This document shows, piece by piece, positions 20,901-29,939 of a stretch of 64,000 nt of DNA; position 1 is the stretch's first letter, and each line of letters opens with the position of its first letter. The notes beneath the pieces are model-generated. The model ran no database searches. It was not told the DNA's origin and saw only the letters and a program-made list of their open reading frames with translations. The position numbers were made by a program, and so were the translations under genes. Where the stretch lies: NCBI GenBank assembly GCA_016928095.1, contig JAFGLL010000121.1:3266-67265 (forward strand), read 5' to 3'. Source of the stretch: Thermoplasmatota archaeon. Its GTDB lineage: Archaea; Thermoplasmatota; Penumbrarchaeia; Penumbrarchaeales; Penumbrarchaeaceae.

Positions 20901-22369
20901 CAGGTTTCAAGAGCATATACGTCGGAGCGGAAGGGTTCCATACGCTCTATGTATGGGCTGTAGATAATACGGAGAGAGCTAGCCTCGTCAGTGAGGTCCC
21001 GATAGTGATAGACTCTCACCAGATCTATTATACCTATCCAGAGCCTCCAATGAAAGTGAATGTGACATACGGGACATTCCTTGTCTCCATAACCATCAAC
21101 GATGACCTATCGGGGGTGGACCCGAATTCGATCCACTACCAGTATACCATGCCCAATAAACAGCTTTCCGACTGGATAAAGTACGAGGCGGAGGAGGGCA
21201 ATACATCCAGCATACGGGTCTCGGTGGTCCTGGACCTCGTTCCCTATGTGGATAATCTTGTTATCTGGAAGGCCAGGGATAGGGCTTTCAACGACGAGAG
21301 GCAGTCAGGGGTGTTCGTCGTACATTACGATCCTGACCTGAAGGAACCAAAGGTGGACCTTCTATCACCCGTGGACACCTACCGCGTCGAGGAAGGGGTC
21401 GATCTGAGCTGGAAGGGGGAATACATCAATCCATTGAACCTCACATATGACCTTGTGATCGTCCTTCCCGACGATACTCAGGAGACCTTCCCGCTTACAA
21501 GGACCACGTACAGATATACCCCGAAGATGCCCGGTATCCATCAATGGTACGTCATTGCCAAGGCCGACGGAAAAAGTACGGGCTCGCTGACGCGGACGTT
21601 CATTTACGAACCCGATTTCGCGGAGGTCTCCTTCACCAGCACTCAGAAGGTCACCATAGGCTACGATTACCCGCTCAAGGTCTCCATGGACAACAAACTG
21701 GAGGTAAGCGTGGACCTCACGTTCGACCTGGAGAATCCCAGAGGTTTCATCATTTATTCGGGCGACAGCTACTCACTCGTACCGGGAGAAAAGAAGGAAG
21801 GGAACCTCGTCCTGAACACTTCGGGGGCCCAGGTTGGAACCTACAAGATAACCATCAACGTAACGGATTCCTATGGCAGGTTCAACCTGATCCAGGTCTC
21901 ACTCGTCGTGGAAAATGAGGATGTGATCGTTCGTCCCGATGATGATGAAAGCAAAGAGGTCCCGATATGGCTGATCATTTGTATCATCCTGGTGGTGCTC
22001 ATCCTGTTGATCGTTATCGTGATGGTCTTTCTCAGGCGGAAGAAGAACGAGAACGATGAGATCGAGGAGGAAGGGGAGGAAGAGACCCCGGGTCTGGAAT
22101 ATGATCCTGCTGGCAAAGTAGCGAAAGGAGGGAGCCACACGACCTCCCATGTCCCCCTCTCTCCCGGCGTCGGTGCCATGGGCGAGGCGGAGATGAGGAT
22201 GCGTGGCACCAACGTTATCGAGCTGACGATACCGACGAAGAAGGAGACAGATGATACAATTGGACCCGAGCCTCCAAAGGAGGAGATCGAGGAGAATGAT
22301 ATGGAGGAGCTGTCACCTGACGAGATGGCAAACGAGCTCTACGGGACCAACGGCAATGAGCGGTCGTAG
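17912..22369 (+). CDS. giant surface protein with Kelch-repeat beta-propellers, Ig/FN3-like stalk, C-terminal TM and acidic tail
   Basis: Repeated IFGG/LYGG/MFGG...NDLW.Y....W Kelch motifs, signal peptide, TM followed by RRKK. Exact start uncertain. Confidence 0.88.
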   Translation: MDLRNEAMSMSHICLPYNVLLRQCSAVMTAALLLILVLLPISQMGPVAGEEDGPSRILGEQPMGDWEMLASGSWPSIETGSCNVMYREAEKELVVFYRSYWGFQVWSMFESNETWVQWNDTGMEPSPTHSRQSFTSSKDGNIGYYYGGYAQWGAYWDKLNIFFYSNKTWVQVDAPPTLAGRYWSEMVYDEATDSIWIFGGRDAARVWYNDLHQYNSTHGWTYYPSIDPKPVPRDQALMTMTPDGKRIFIALGRYGTGGGGTSYYRNDLWEYNVTNDNWTVLNNNMDIPTEAGGLLQYRSGTDDLILSMGFDGWNLLNDTYVIDISTGTLSSVNLTGGIPGRHVQAFDIYSNGRKAIVFGDDASRKDIWSVDLVDYSTLLTPGNPTWVGGSAFTGYDDENGGRLMALKRNDGDTWQLASFSLDSRSWKMLYVSDEGKPTYHSGMASVYDPDDNDFYLYGGYYSYQVSQWTYHYYFYDEFWKLDCDTGEWTRINEHASPGARGRAAMVVDPAKRMIYLYGGQVHGGDTDTLYQYNMTGNIWKAINPTTKPQGRMETAVTYDPNNRGFFMFGGQRNGTSNVELNDLWFFHTDTVLWEKLPTGDDEPHAQDLAGISLNTDTNELLLFGDGDDETFMWRLDWFGWKKVATTTSPGDWSGHGQAYSSQTRSHFAWAGDGTEVWEFNPILRTTAIQVQMFDPDGWTTGVDAVDVFPTLGTYSLKVRGRTDLPPDNFLGMNLTLETGDDVIGLTWDKATGNIVVENGKDWMVIKDGEELRFLDNNNWEFTVPMEFTFDMPHGDTVSAFATPVTHIGLAEQAKRLNLFRLNSRLEIVSYRFRTPIQPEPVVNGWLFGGTDLTVHDFKVAFAGYNDVSPREGNFKVEFSNEWGDSVDWTYIYNTTTELTVPVMGEDGSSTFFYLNVTDNGVTVAKLTFNFRIDMAPPGIVEGAALRADNYNDQKLNMDNDPEMFLTWDNIVETGSGLKGVCYSLDMNTYPDQENLTTGFKSIYVGAEGFHTLYVWAVDNTERASLVSEVPIVIDSHQIYYTYPEPPMKVNVTYGTFLVSITINDDLSGVDPNSIHYQYTMPNKQLSDWIKYEAEEGNTSSIRVSVVLDLVPYVDNLVIWKARDRAFNDERQSGVFVVHYDPDLKEPKVDLLSPVDTYRVEEGVDLSWKGEYINPLNLTYDLVIVLPDDTQETFPLTRTTYRYTPKMPGIHQWYVIAKADGKSTGSLTRTFIYEPDFAEVSFTSTQKVTIGYDYPLKVSMDNKLEVSVDLTFDLENPRGFIIYSGDSYSLVPGEKKEGNLVLNTSGAQVGTYKITINVTDSYGRFNLIQVSLVVENEDVIVRPDDDESKEVPIWLIICIILVVLILLIVIVMVFLRRKKNENDEIEEEGEEETPGLEYDPAGKVAKGGSHTTSHVPLSPGVGAMGEAEMRMRGTNVIELTIPTKKETDDTIGPEPPKEEIEENDMEELSPDEMANELYGTNGNERS

Positions 22370-22391
22370 AGTTTTAAATATCTAGTTCCGT

Positions 22392-22754
22392 ATGTGGCCA
22401 CCGATGGAGCGAAGGGGCAGGGGTAAGAAGAAACCCATTATCAGGGAGGCCGCTGCCGATAGGATCGAAACGCTGTATTCCCAGGCCTTCACTATGGCTA
22501 GGAAGGGTGAGCTCGATCTCGCAAGAAGATATCTTTACCTTGCAAGGAAGATAGGTATGAGGTACACTGTAAGGGTACCCAAACGGATGAAGAGGAGCAC
22601 TTGCAAAGGATGTATGGCCCCGATGTTGCCGGGTATTACTTCAAGGACCAGGGTCCGGGACGGCAGGAGGATCATCACCTGTCTGGAATGCGGCCACGTC
22701 ATGAGATATCCTTTCAAGGATGAAGGTCACGATAACAGCGAAGGTGAGATATAA
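22392..22754 (+). CDS. rnp4: RNase P protein component 4 (Rpp21)
   Basis: AADRIETL...LARRY..LARKI.MR, CKGC...PG...R.R, CLECG. Confidence 0.93.
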   Translation: MWPPMERRGRGKKKPIIREAAADRIETLYSQAFTMARKGELDLARRYLYLARKIGMRYTVRVPKRMKRSTCKGCMAPMLPGITSRTRVRDGRRIITCLECGHVMRYPFKDEGHDNSEGEI

Positions 22755-22755
22755 C

Positions 22756-23028
22756 ATGGACATCAAGGAGATGAAGGTCAGGGGAATGTCCCTGAAGGCA
22801 ACCGTGCAGGTGGGACGGTCAGGTTTGACCGGGTCCATACTCAGTGAGATCGACGAGCAACTCGCTAGAAGGGACCTGGTGAAGGTGAAGATGCTCCCAT
22901 CAATGGGTCCTTCACGGTCATGGAAGGAAGATGTGGAGAAGATGGCCGAGAAGCTGGCTGCCATTCTGGTGGAGATCAAAGGGGGCACGATAATCCTTTA
23001 CCGAAAAGGGTCACGAAAAGGGGTTTAA
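22756..23028 (+). CDS. YhbY/CRM-domain RNA-binding protein
   Basis: LKATVQVGRSGLT, DLVKVK, GGTIILYR. ATG 22756 follows a GGTGAG SD. Conserved archaeal neighbour of Rpp21. Confidence 0.9.
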   Translation: MDIKEMKVRGMSLKATVQVGRSGLTGSILSEIDEQLARRDLVKVKMLPSMGPSRSWKEDVEKMAEKLAAILVEIKGGTIILYRKGSRKGV

Positions 23029-23180
23029 TATCAAACCGGTGATCCCTTTATAGGGCATAAGATAGAGGATGCTGCATGGTCATAATGGAACTCCCTCTTT
23101 CAGGACTTCGGGAAGGACAGGATATCCAGCTCCGAGTTCAAGGCAAGGGCAGAGAAATTGAGGGATCCTGAGGGAACATG

Positions 23181-23225
23181 AAAAAGGGAAAGGAGAGCCA
23201 ACCGTGAGTTGAGCCCCCTTTCCTC
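23181..23225 (-). terminator. hairpin + U-tract downstream of hppA
   Basis: Minus strand GAGGAAAGGGGGCTCAAC-TCACG-GTTGGCTCTCCTTTCCC then TTTTT (imperfect stem with G-U pairs). Confidence 0.55.
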
Positions 23226-23239
23226 ATTCTTACTATTAT

Positions 23240-25843
23240 TCAGCCGATAAATGCGTTGATCACGAGGAACAAGGGTACGAAGACCAGTGCCACTATGGAC
23301 ATCAGCTTGATAAGGATGTTCAGTGAAGGTCCGGACGTATCCTTGAACGGATCACCTACGGTATCGCCGATGACCGCTGCTTTGTGGGCATCGGACCCCT
23401 TTCCACCGTAATGTCCCGCCTCGATGTATTTTTTCGCGTTGTCCCATGCACCGCCGGAATTGGCCATCATTACGGCAAGGACGAACCCGGTCACTATCGA
23501 ACCGGCCAGAAGTCCTCCCAGGGCTTCCATCGATATGCAGCCGACGAAGATCGGGACCAGGACAGCAAGCAGTGAAGGGACGATCATCTTCTTCAGGGCC
23601 CCTTTTGTGGAGATCGCCACACACTTCTCGTAGTCCGGTTTGGCCTTGCCTTCCATTATGCCTTTAATGGTCTTGAACTGCCTCCTTACCTCCTCGACCA
23701 TGTCCTGGGCTGCCTGACCGACTGCCTGCATGGTCATCGCCGAGAATATGAAGGGGAGAAGGCCGCCTATAAAGAGACCTGCCAGGATGAACGGGTTCAC
23801 CAGTGTGAACTGGCTGAGGTCCAGGTTTGCCGCCTGTACGAAAGCGGAGAAGAGGGCAAGTGCTGTCAATCCGGCAGAACCTATTGCGAAACCCTTTCCA
23901 ATGGCAGCTGTTGTGTTGCCCACCGCGTCAAGCTCCTCTGCTGTTTCCCTTACCTTCTTTCCCATCCCGGCCATTTCCGCGAGTCCTGCTGCGTTATCAG
24001 CAACCGGCCCATAGGTATCGGTCGCAAGCGTTATACCAAGGGTCGATAGCATACCGACAGCGGCAAGGGCTATCCCGTACAGTCCGGAAAGCATGAATGC
24101 CACTATTATCGTGAAGACCACTGCGATCACAGGCACAGCGGTCGAGATCATTCCAAGGCCGAGACCTGCGATAATGTTCGGACCTGCACCGGTGGTAGAC
24201 GCTTCCGAAACCCTCTGAGTTGGTTTGGAATGGTCGGATGTGTAATATTCGGTGACCTTCCCGATTATGATCCCGGAGACAAGACCCGCTATCAACGAGA
24301 AGAACAGGGAGGTGATGATGGAGGAGGCATCCGGCTCCCCCTTGAATATGAACCATATGAGACCTAGTGATACGACCGTCATCAGTCCTGCCGCAACCCA
24401 TATACCCCTGTTAAGCTGCTTGTGGGCATCGGTATTCTCGCCTCCGGCCCCCACAGCGAATGTACCGATGATGGAGCATATTATGCCTATTCCTGCAAGC
24501 AGGAGGGGTAGAAGGGTTGCAGCACCGGCGGCGCCTCCCCCGAAGAGGTCCGACCCAAGTGCAGAAACGCCCATTATCCCAAGGGCCATGGCGGCTATGA
24601 CCGAATCTACATACGATTCGAAGAGGTCCGCACCCATTCCGGCAACGTCACCGACGTTGTCACCGACGTTGTCTGCTATCGTGGCGGGGTTCCTCGGGTC
24701 GTCCTCCGGTATACCCGCCTCTACCTTGCCTACGAGATCGGCCCCTACATCCGCTGCTTTGGTGTATATTCCCCCGCCAACCCTTGCGAACAGGGCGATA
24801 GAGGAGGCACCGAAACCGAAACCGAATAGCATATCGACGTTCCCGAAGATTATGTACAATGAAGATATACCCAGAAGTCCCAGGCCGACCACGGTGAGGC
24901 CCATGACGGACCCGGAGTTGAATGCGACCCGGAGTCCAGACCTCTTGCTCTCCTTGCAGGCCCAGGCCGTCTTTGCATTTGCCATTGTGGCTATCTTCAT
25001 ACCGATGTTCCCTGCAGATGCGGAGAAGAGGGCACCTATGAGGAACGCGGGTATCAGCTGCCAAGCCATATCCAGGGTGAATATCCCGATGATGAAGAAC
25101 AATACCACGGCAGCTATGAACCATATGATGACCTTGTATTCAGCGTTGAGGAATGCGGTAGCTCCTTCCTTGATATAACCGGCGATCTTGAGAAGTTCCT
25201 CGCTCCCAACATCTTTCTTGATGATCGCCCTGGCGGTCAGGAACGCGAAACCGAGACCTATAAAGGCAGCAACAAGGGCAATTATTATCATCACGTGGTT
25301 GGTCTTGTAGCTATTGAAGGTCAATGTCCTAGAGGATGAGAACTCCTTGCTGTCAGATATCAGAGTGTGGATGACCACATCCTTGCTGGCTTCGGAGGAG
25401 TCACCGCTGTATGAAGCTTCCAGGACCACCGTGACCATGCCCCCGCCATCAAGGTCTTTCACTGTGTAGTTCCGACCCTTGACAACTTCGGATCCATCGG
25501 TGATATCCGATCCTTCCGAGTCCCAGACATCGATTATCCTGAACTCCCAGTCATCCTCTTCGGTGACATCAAGGCTTATTAGGATGTCATGAGAGACATC
25601 GGGGTCGGGATTGAATATATGCAATGTTACGTCGGTCGTTCGCTCGTTGTCGAAGATAATATCTATTACGAACCACGAACCCTCCCCACGGTCCAGGAAG
25701 AACTCCGTCTCTCCGGACTCGGTGGTGATCATGGACCTGTCCGTCTCCTCGCCGCCTATCGCTCCGCTGATGTCGTGGAATGATAGAAGTCCAAAAAGGA
25801 GGAGACCCGCCAATACCATCACGGTCAAGGTCGATCTGCTCAT
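23240..25843 (-). CDS. hppA: membrane-bound ion-translocating pyrophosphatase (K+-dependent, probably Na+-pumping) with extra N-terminal extracellular domain
   Basis: [41 protein letters not shown] (Ala = K+-dependent type), [20 protein letters not shown]. Confidence 0.97.
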   Translation of the reverse strand: MSRSTLTVMVLAGLLLFGLLSFHDISGAIGGEETDRSMITTESGETEFFLDRGEGSWFVIDIIFDNERTTDVTLHIFNPDPDVSHDILISLDVTEEDDWEFRIIDVWDSEGSDITDGSEVVKGRNYTVKDLDGGGMVTVVLEASYSGDSSEASKDVVIHTLISDSKEFSSSRTLTFNSYKTNHVMIIIALVAAFIGLGFAFLTARAIIKKDVGSEELLKIAGYIKEGATAFLNAEYKVIIWFIAAVVLFFIIGIFTLDMAWQLIPAFLIGALFSASAGNIGMKIATMANAKTAWACKESKRSGLRVAFNSGSVMGLTVVGLGLLGISSLYIIFGNVDMLFGFGFGASSIALFARVGGGIYTKAADVGADLVGKVEAGIPEDDPRNPATIADNVGDNVGDVAGMGADLFESYVDSVIAAMALGIMGVSALGSDLFGGGAAGAATLLPLLLAGIGIICSIIGTFAVGAGGENTDAHKQLNRGIWVAAGLMTVVSLGLIWFIFKGEPDASSIITSLFFSLIAGLVSGIIIGKVTEYYTSDHSKPTQRVSEASTTGAGPNIIAGLGLGMISTAVPVIAVVFTIIVAFMLSGLYGIALAAVGMLSTLGITLATDTYGPVADNAAGLAEMAGMGKKVRETAEELDAVGNTTAAIGKGFAIGSAGLTALALFSAFVQAANLDLSQFTLVNPFILAGLFIGGLLPFIFSAMTMQAVGQAAQDMVEEVRRQFKTIKGIMEGKAKPDYEKCVAISTKGALKKMIVPSLLAVLVPIFVGCISMEALGGLLAGSIVTGFVLAVMMANSGGAWDNAKKYIEAGHYGGKGSDAHKAAVIGDTVGDPFKDTSGPSLNILIKLMSIVALVFVPLFLVINAFIG

Positions 25844-25964
25844 TAAAGTGCCTCCATAGAGAAATGTACCTCTTGCCCATTATTCCATACCCTAATGGGA
25901 AGTCATCGGGAAATGGCCCTTCATTATTAATAAGTATCCGTGTGGCAGGGAAGCTCCCAGTAGC

Positions 25965-26420
25965 TCATTTACGGTTCAGCGGAACCTTACTCGCCGTTCT
26001 TCTGGTCGTGGGCTCGATCCTGCCGGACCTTATCGGTTGTCCGTCGTCTTGATCCCTCATTCGTCTCTGCCTCCTTGGCCCCGGAACCATTCCAGCCTTT
26101 TTCCTCGCACTGGTGAACAGATGGAACTGGGACAACAGTGAGACGCAGAAAAGCAGTATCGCTCCGATGAAAAGAACAATGATGTTTATACCCTCCTGTC
26201 TACCCATGTCATCCATGAACAGCTTGAATAACAGGTAGATAACAGCCAGGACCGTCAGGATCAAACCCATTATGTTCAGGAGACGGGGTAACCGCTCAAT
26301 GGAACCCATGTTCACTTCCACATGGTCCACCTGGCCGCCGCATTCCACACAGCTTTCCCTGGTATTCCAGATCTCGGACATGGTCGATCCGCAGGTCCGA
26401 CATACGGTGATCTTCACCAT
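25965..26420 (-). CDS. membrane protein with N-terminal Zn ribbon, 2 TM and basic tail
   Basis: CRTC...CVEC, two hydrophobic helices. Starts 2 nt after the folD stop. Confidence 0.75.
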   Translation of the reverse strand: MVKITVCRTCGSTMSEIWNTRESCVECGGQVDHVEVNMGSIERLPRLLNIMGLILTVLAVIYLLFKLFMDDMGRQEGINIIVLFIGAILLFCVSLLSQFHLFTSARKKAGMVPGPRRQRRMRDQDDGQPIRSGRIEPTTRRTASKVPLNRK

Positions 26421-26422
26421 GA

Positions 26423-27322
26423 TTAACCCCCGCTGTATCCGTAAACGGTCCCTATGATCTCATCTGTGAATTCTATATCAGAGGATCCTGCCAGTATCGT
26501 TGCCCGGTACAGGTTCAGGAACATGGAAGATACCGTTACCGGGCCGGTCCCACCCGGGGTCGGGGTCGCTGCACCCGCGACCTCACTTACAGATCCAAGG
26601 TCCACATCCCCCACGATCCCGTCCTCCACAGGATTGATCCCAAGATCGATAAGGACCGCGCCCTTTTTTATCATTTCTCCTCTTATAAGGCGGGGTATGC
26701 CAACCGCGGTGATGATGATATCGGCCCTTCTTGTGTGGACCGAGATGTCCTGTGTCCTGGTATGGACCGTTGTGACCGTGGCATTACCCCAGGGGGCTTT
26801 CTGCGAAAGGAGGGCAGCCAGAGGCCGGCCTACATTGGGACTTCTCCCCACCACGACGATCTCCTTGCCCTCTGTCCGGACCCTGTAATGTTGCATCAGA
26901 AGAAGCGCTCCCAGCGGTGTAGGGGGTATGAACCTCGGCACTCCCATCCCAAGCAGGCCGTAGTTCTCAGGGTGGAGCCCTTCCACATCCTTCGAAGGCG
27001 GGATATGTACTATCAGGTCCTGTATGTCCACTCCGATCGATAACGGGCGTTCTATCATTATCCCATGGACATCCGGGTCAGCTGCATCTTCACACAAATG
27101 GCCTACTATCTGCTCTGTGGGTGTTCCTAAAGGGAATTCCCTTGTTACTACCTTGACACCGATCTTCTCCCCCTTCCTGATCTTGGACCTTGAATAGATG
27201 ACGGAGGCTTCATCGGCTCCTATTAGATAAACCACAAGCATCGGGGTTCCGATGTTACAGGATATGAGCTTCAGCTCCTTATCGATCCTGTCGACAACGG
27301 GTTTACCCCGTAGGATTTCCAT
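26423..27322 (-). CDS. folD: methylenetetrahydrofolate dehydrogenase/cyclohydrolase
   Basis: KDVEGLHPEN, PPTPLG, VVVGRSPNVGRP, DLGIN, GDVD, TPTPGGTGPVT. Confidence 0.95.
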   Translation of the reverse strand: MEILRGKPVVDRIDKELKLISCNIGTPMLVVYLIGADEASVIYSRSKIRKGEKIGVKVVTREFPLGTPTEQIVGHLCEDAADPDVHGIMIERPLSIGVDIQDLIVHIPPSKDVEGLHPENYGLLGMGVPRFIPPTPLGALLLMQHYRVRTEGKEIVVVGRSPNVGRPLAALLSQKAPWGNATVTTVHTRTQDISVHTRRADIIITAVGIPRLIRGEMIKKGAVLIDLGINPVEDGIVGDVDLGSVSEVAGAATPTPGGTGPVTVSSMFLNLYRATILAGSSDIEFTDEIIGTVYGYSGG

Positions 27323-27361
27323 GGCCCATTATCCGCGAGCAACGATTTAATGGTGTCCCAT

Positions 27362-28312
27362 TCACTGCACGCCGACATATCTCGTCAGGAACTGGTAGAA
27401 CGCGTTCGCAATGGACTGCTTCTGCTGGGGTTCAAGTGCCTTGAACTCTTCAAGGACCAGGAAGTTGATGCCTCCGAGTACCTTCACGGAGAAGAGCTCG
27501 TCCTTGTGGGGGTTGACATTTGCCTGGGACTGTGAATGCTGCTCCGTCCCGAGGATCTTGAAATCATGTGTGGCCTCCTTCATCATGATGATGTCCATAT
27601 TCCTGAAACCGATGTGTTGGTAAGCTGCCGATTTCATCTTGATGAATGGATACAGGAACTCACCCGTATCCTCGAACTCTACCGGATTGCCATCTATGAT
27701 CAGGATCTTGCCCAGTGATTCCAGACAATCAACGATCATCTCGTCCAACGTATTGTAGGAGGACCTTAGCTTGATCTGCCGCATCTGGCTCTGGGGATCG
27801 TTGGCACCAGGGACTGCCTGCTGGCCGAAGGACGAGGCGGGTATGTCCACCATGCTCTGCCCCCGGCATGCCGTGCAGGTGAGCACGTTCTGACCGGGTC
27901 TCACATAAGCCTGAAATACCGATCTGCAGTAGGGGCACGTGAACTGTGCGAAGTTCTGAGCCTGCTGAGAGGCTGCCGGGGCCCCACCTTTTGACGGGGG
28001 TTGCGTGGGTTCGGGAGCATGTTGACCCGACCTGTGCTGGAACAGATAGAACTTGTAGGGGTTGTACGGGTTAGCGGCCGGATTGGGATCGTTCACCTCG
28101 ACAACCAGGTAACAGTTGTTCTGGGCAGCATATCCCTTCACCGAGTCCCTCAACTGTTGTTGGGACATAGGTTGCCGGTACTCGATGGGATTTCCAATCA
28201 TCGTGTAGCCCTGACCGGAAAGCATCTGGCTATACTGGTTGATCTCGTTCTTTGTTGCACTGACCAGTTTTACAGCGGAAGAACCGCTCCTCTTGAATAA
28301 AGAAGGCGACAT
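27362..28312 (-). CDS. hypothetical protein with Q/P-rich linkers and central Zn ribbon
   Basis: CPYC...CTAC, GGGGGAGTGAT SD before ATG 28312, AT-rich promoter region upstream. Confidence 0.8.
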   Translation of the reverse strand: MSPSLFKRSGSSAVKLVSATKNEINQYSQMLSGQGYTMIGNPIEYRQPMSQQQLRDSVKGYAAQNNCYLVVEVNDPNPAANPYNPYKFYLFQHRSGQHAPEPTQPPSKGGAPAASQQAQNFAQFTCPYCRSVFQAYVRPGQNVLTCTACRGQSMVDIPASSFGQQAVPGANDPQSQMRQIKLRSSYNTLDEMIVDCLESLGKILIIDGNPVEFEDTGEFLYPFIKMKSAAYQHIGFRNMDIIMMKEATHDFKILGTEQHSQSQANVNPHKDELFSVKVLGGINFLVLEEFKALEPQQKQSIANAFYQFLTRYVGVQ

Positions 28313-28421
28313 GGCTATCACTCCCCCTCAGCATGTGAGGGTTCGCAGGTGGATCTACTCCGATAACATGAACCATGCAATTCATATATGTAATTTTTTA
28401 GGCACCTTCTTGATAAGGGCA

Positions 28422-29261
28422 TCAGAGAACACCTTTCATGATGTCTTCCCGGTGGTCGATCTTGAGGAGGATCTTGACGGCAAGGTTGTATGCATAGAGC
28501 GGTCTCTCGCCATATGTATACATCAGGACCCTCGTCTCATCATCCTTTCCAATGACCTGGACCTGGGCAGCCCACCCTCTTCCCTTGCTGTCGGTCGCCA
28601 CTAATTGCGAGATACCCCGGAAAAGCCTCTCGTTCACCACCTCGTATGCTTCCCGGAAACCTATCTGCTTCAACCGGTCCACGAAGATGGCGTAGAGCCT
28701 GTCCGGGGGGAGGGGGATGACATCGGTCTCCACCGACCATCTGTAAAGGTTCGAAGTAAGGATCCGGAACCTGTCCTCGTCCATTGAGGTGGGCTCGAAC
28801 TTGGGGACGACCACCTTCAAGGGGTCAGCCCGCATCTGCATCCTTTCCTCCACTTTGTGCCTGAAATCGAAGAAGATTATCTCGAACTCCAGGTTTTCGC
28901 TCCCACCCTGATATAAAGGAGTAAAAGGTACCTGGACCTTGAGTTTCTCACCCGGGTCCAATAATTTCCTGGTCTGCTTAGGCTCCCCGAAGGAGCCGAG
29001 TTTGTGCCCTGCGGGGAACTCAAGGCGGATGTTCCCCATTGGGTAGTCCGTATTGTTCCCTATCTCCACCAGATAGATCATGCCGCCGATCCTTTTTTCG
29101 TAATCATCCTCGGGAGGATAGATGAAATGGTGGTCAACGAGGAGGGAATCGTTCTCCGTTTCCGCTGGTCCTTCGTAGTGTTGATCATCCCGAAGGTCGC
29201 CCCGCCGGTCGTTCTCAGCAGGTCTCTTGCCGAAAACCCTGTCGAATATTCCAAGCCCCAT
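28422..29261 (-). CDS. hypothetical protein resembling the adaptin/coatomer appendage (ear): beta-sandwich + platform
   Basis: Clear gene with a GGGTGAGG SD. Product call is from by-eye similarity to the alpha-adaptin ear (see findings). Confidence 0.6.
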   Translation of the reverse strand: MGLGIFDRVFGKRPAENDRRGDLRDDQHYEGPAETENDSLLVDHHFIYPPEDDYEKRIGGMIYLVEIGNNTDYPMGNIRLEFPAGHKLGSFGEPKQTRKLLDPGEKLKVQVPFTPLYQGGSENLEFEIIFFDFRHKVEERMQMRADPLKVVVPKFEPTSMDEDRFRILTSNLYRWSVETDVIPLPPDRLYAIFVDRLKQIGFREAYEVVNERLFRGISQLVATDSKGRGWAAQVQVIGKDDETRVLMYTYGERPLYAYNLAVKILLKIDHREDIMKGVL

Positions 29262-29284
29262 CCTTCCTCACCCTGCTTACCGCA

Positions 29285-29824
29285 TCATAGACCAGCGTTC
29301 TCGAGCTCCTTAACGATCTCTCCTAGAGCAATATCGATGTCCTCTATCTCTCTGGCACCGGTGCAAACGATCTTACCGGATCCGAAGAGGAGGGCAACGA
29401 CCCGGGGATGGTCGACCCTGTAGACCAGACCTGGGAACTGCTCCGGTTCGTACTCGACCTTCTCAAGACCTAAAGTGATCGCGATGGAATTCAGGTTGAG
29501 CTCCCTTCCGAGGTCCGTGGTGGCCACGATGTTCTGCACGGTCACCTTGGGAGCCGTATCAACGTTCACCCCCATCTCCTTGATCATGGTCAGGACCCGT
29601 CCCACGACCTCTTCGGCCATGGTCACGCTCTTGGCACCCGTGCATACGAGTTTTCCACTGGAGAAAAGCAGGAGGGCCGTCTTGGGGTCCTTGACCTTGT
29701 AGATCAGGCCCGGGAACTTCTCCGGGACGTATTCTGCATCGTCCAGGGCCATGGAGATCTTCTGCAGGTCTAGCGGTACCCCCGCTGAAGAGGAGGATAC
29801 GACGTTCTGAATGTGAATGTCCAT
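29285..29824 (-). CDS. tbp: TATA-box binding protein
   Basis: Two repeats: IQNVVSS / VQNIVAT, EYVPEKFPGLIYK / EYEPEQFPGLVYR, FSSGKLVCTGA / FGSGKIVCTGA. Confidence 0.98.
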   Translation of the reverse strand: MDIHIQNVVSSSSAGVPLDLQKISMALDDAEYVPEKFPGLIYKVKDPKTALLLFSSGKLVCTGAKSVTMAEEVVGRVLTMIKEMGVNVDTAPKVTVQNIVATTDLGRELNLNSIAITLGLEKVEYEPEQFPGLVYRVDHPRVVALLFGSGKIVCTGAREIEDIDIALGEIVKELENAGL

Positions 29825-29895
29825 TTGATCACCTTACGAACCTTTTCCACCCGGCCGCAATAGGGTAGGATGGGGATATTAGCGTAATGGATTAC

Positions 29896-29904
29896 TTTAT
29901 ATAA
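29896..29904 (-). promoter_or_regulatory. TATA box upstream of tbp
   Basis: TTATATAAA on the minus strand about 70 nt upstream of the tbp ATG, which also has an AGGTGAT SD. Confidence 0.6.
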
Positions 29905-29939
29905 GCTTTATTAAGGTATATAAGGGAGGGAGGCTGAGA

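Noticed and set aside
24252-25178. Long antisense ORFs (also 38129-38992, 39317-40198, 57808-58734, 62994-63764)
   Set aside because: Shadow frames of well-supported genes in GC-rich DNA, with no motifs or SD support.
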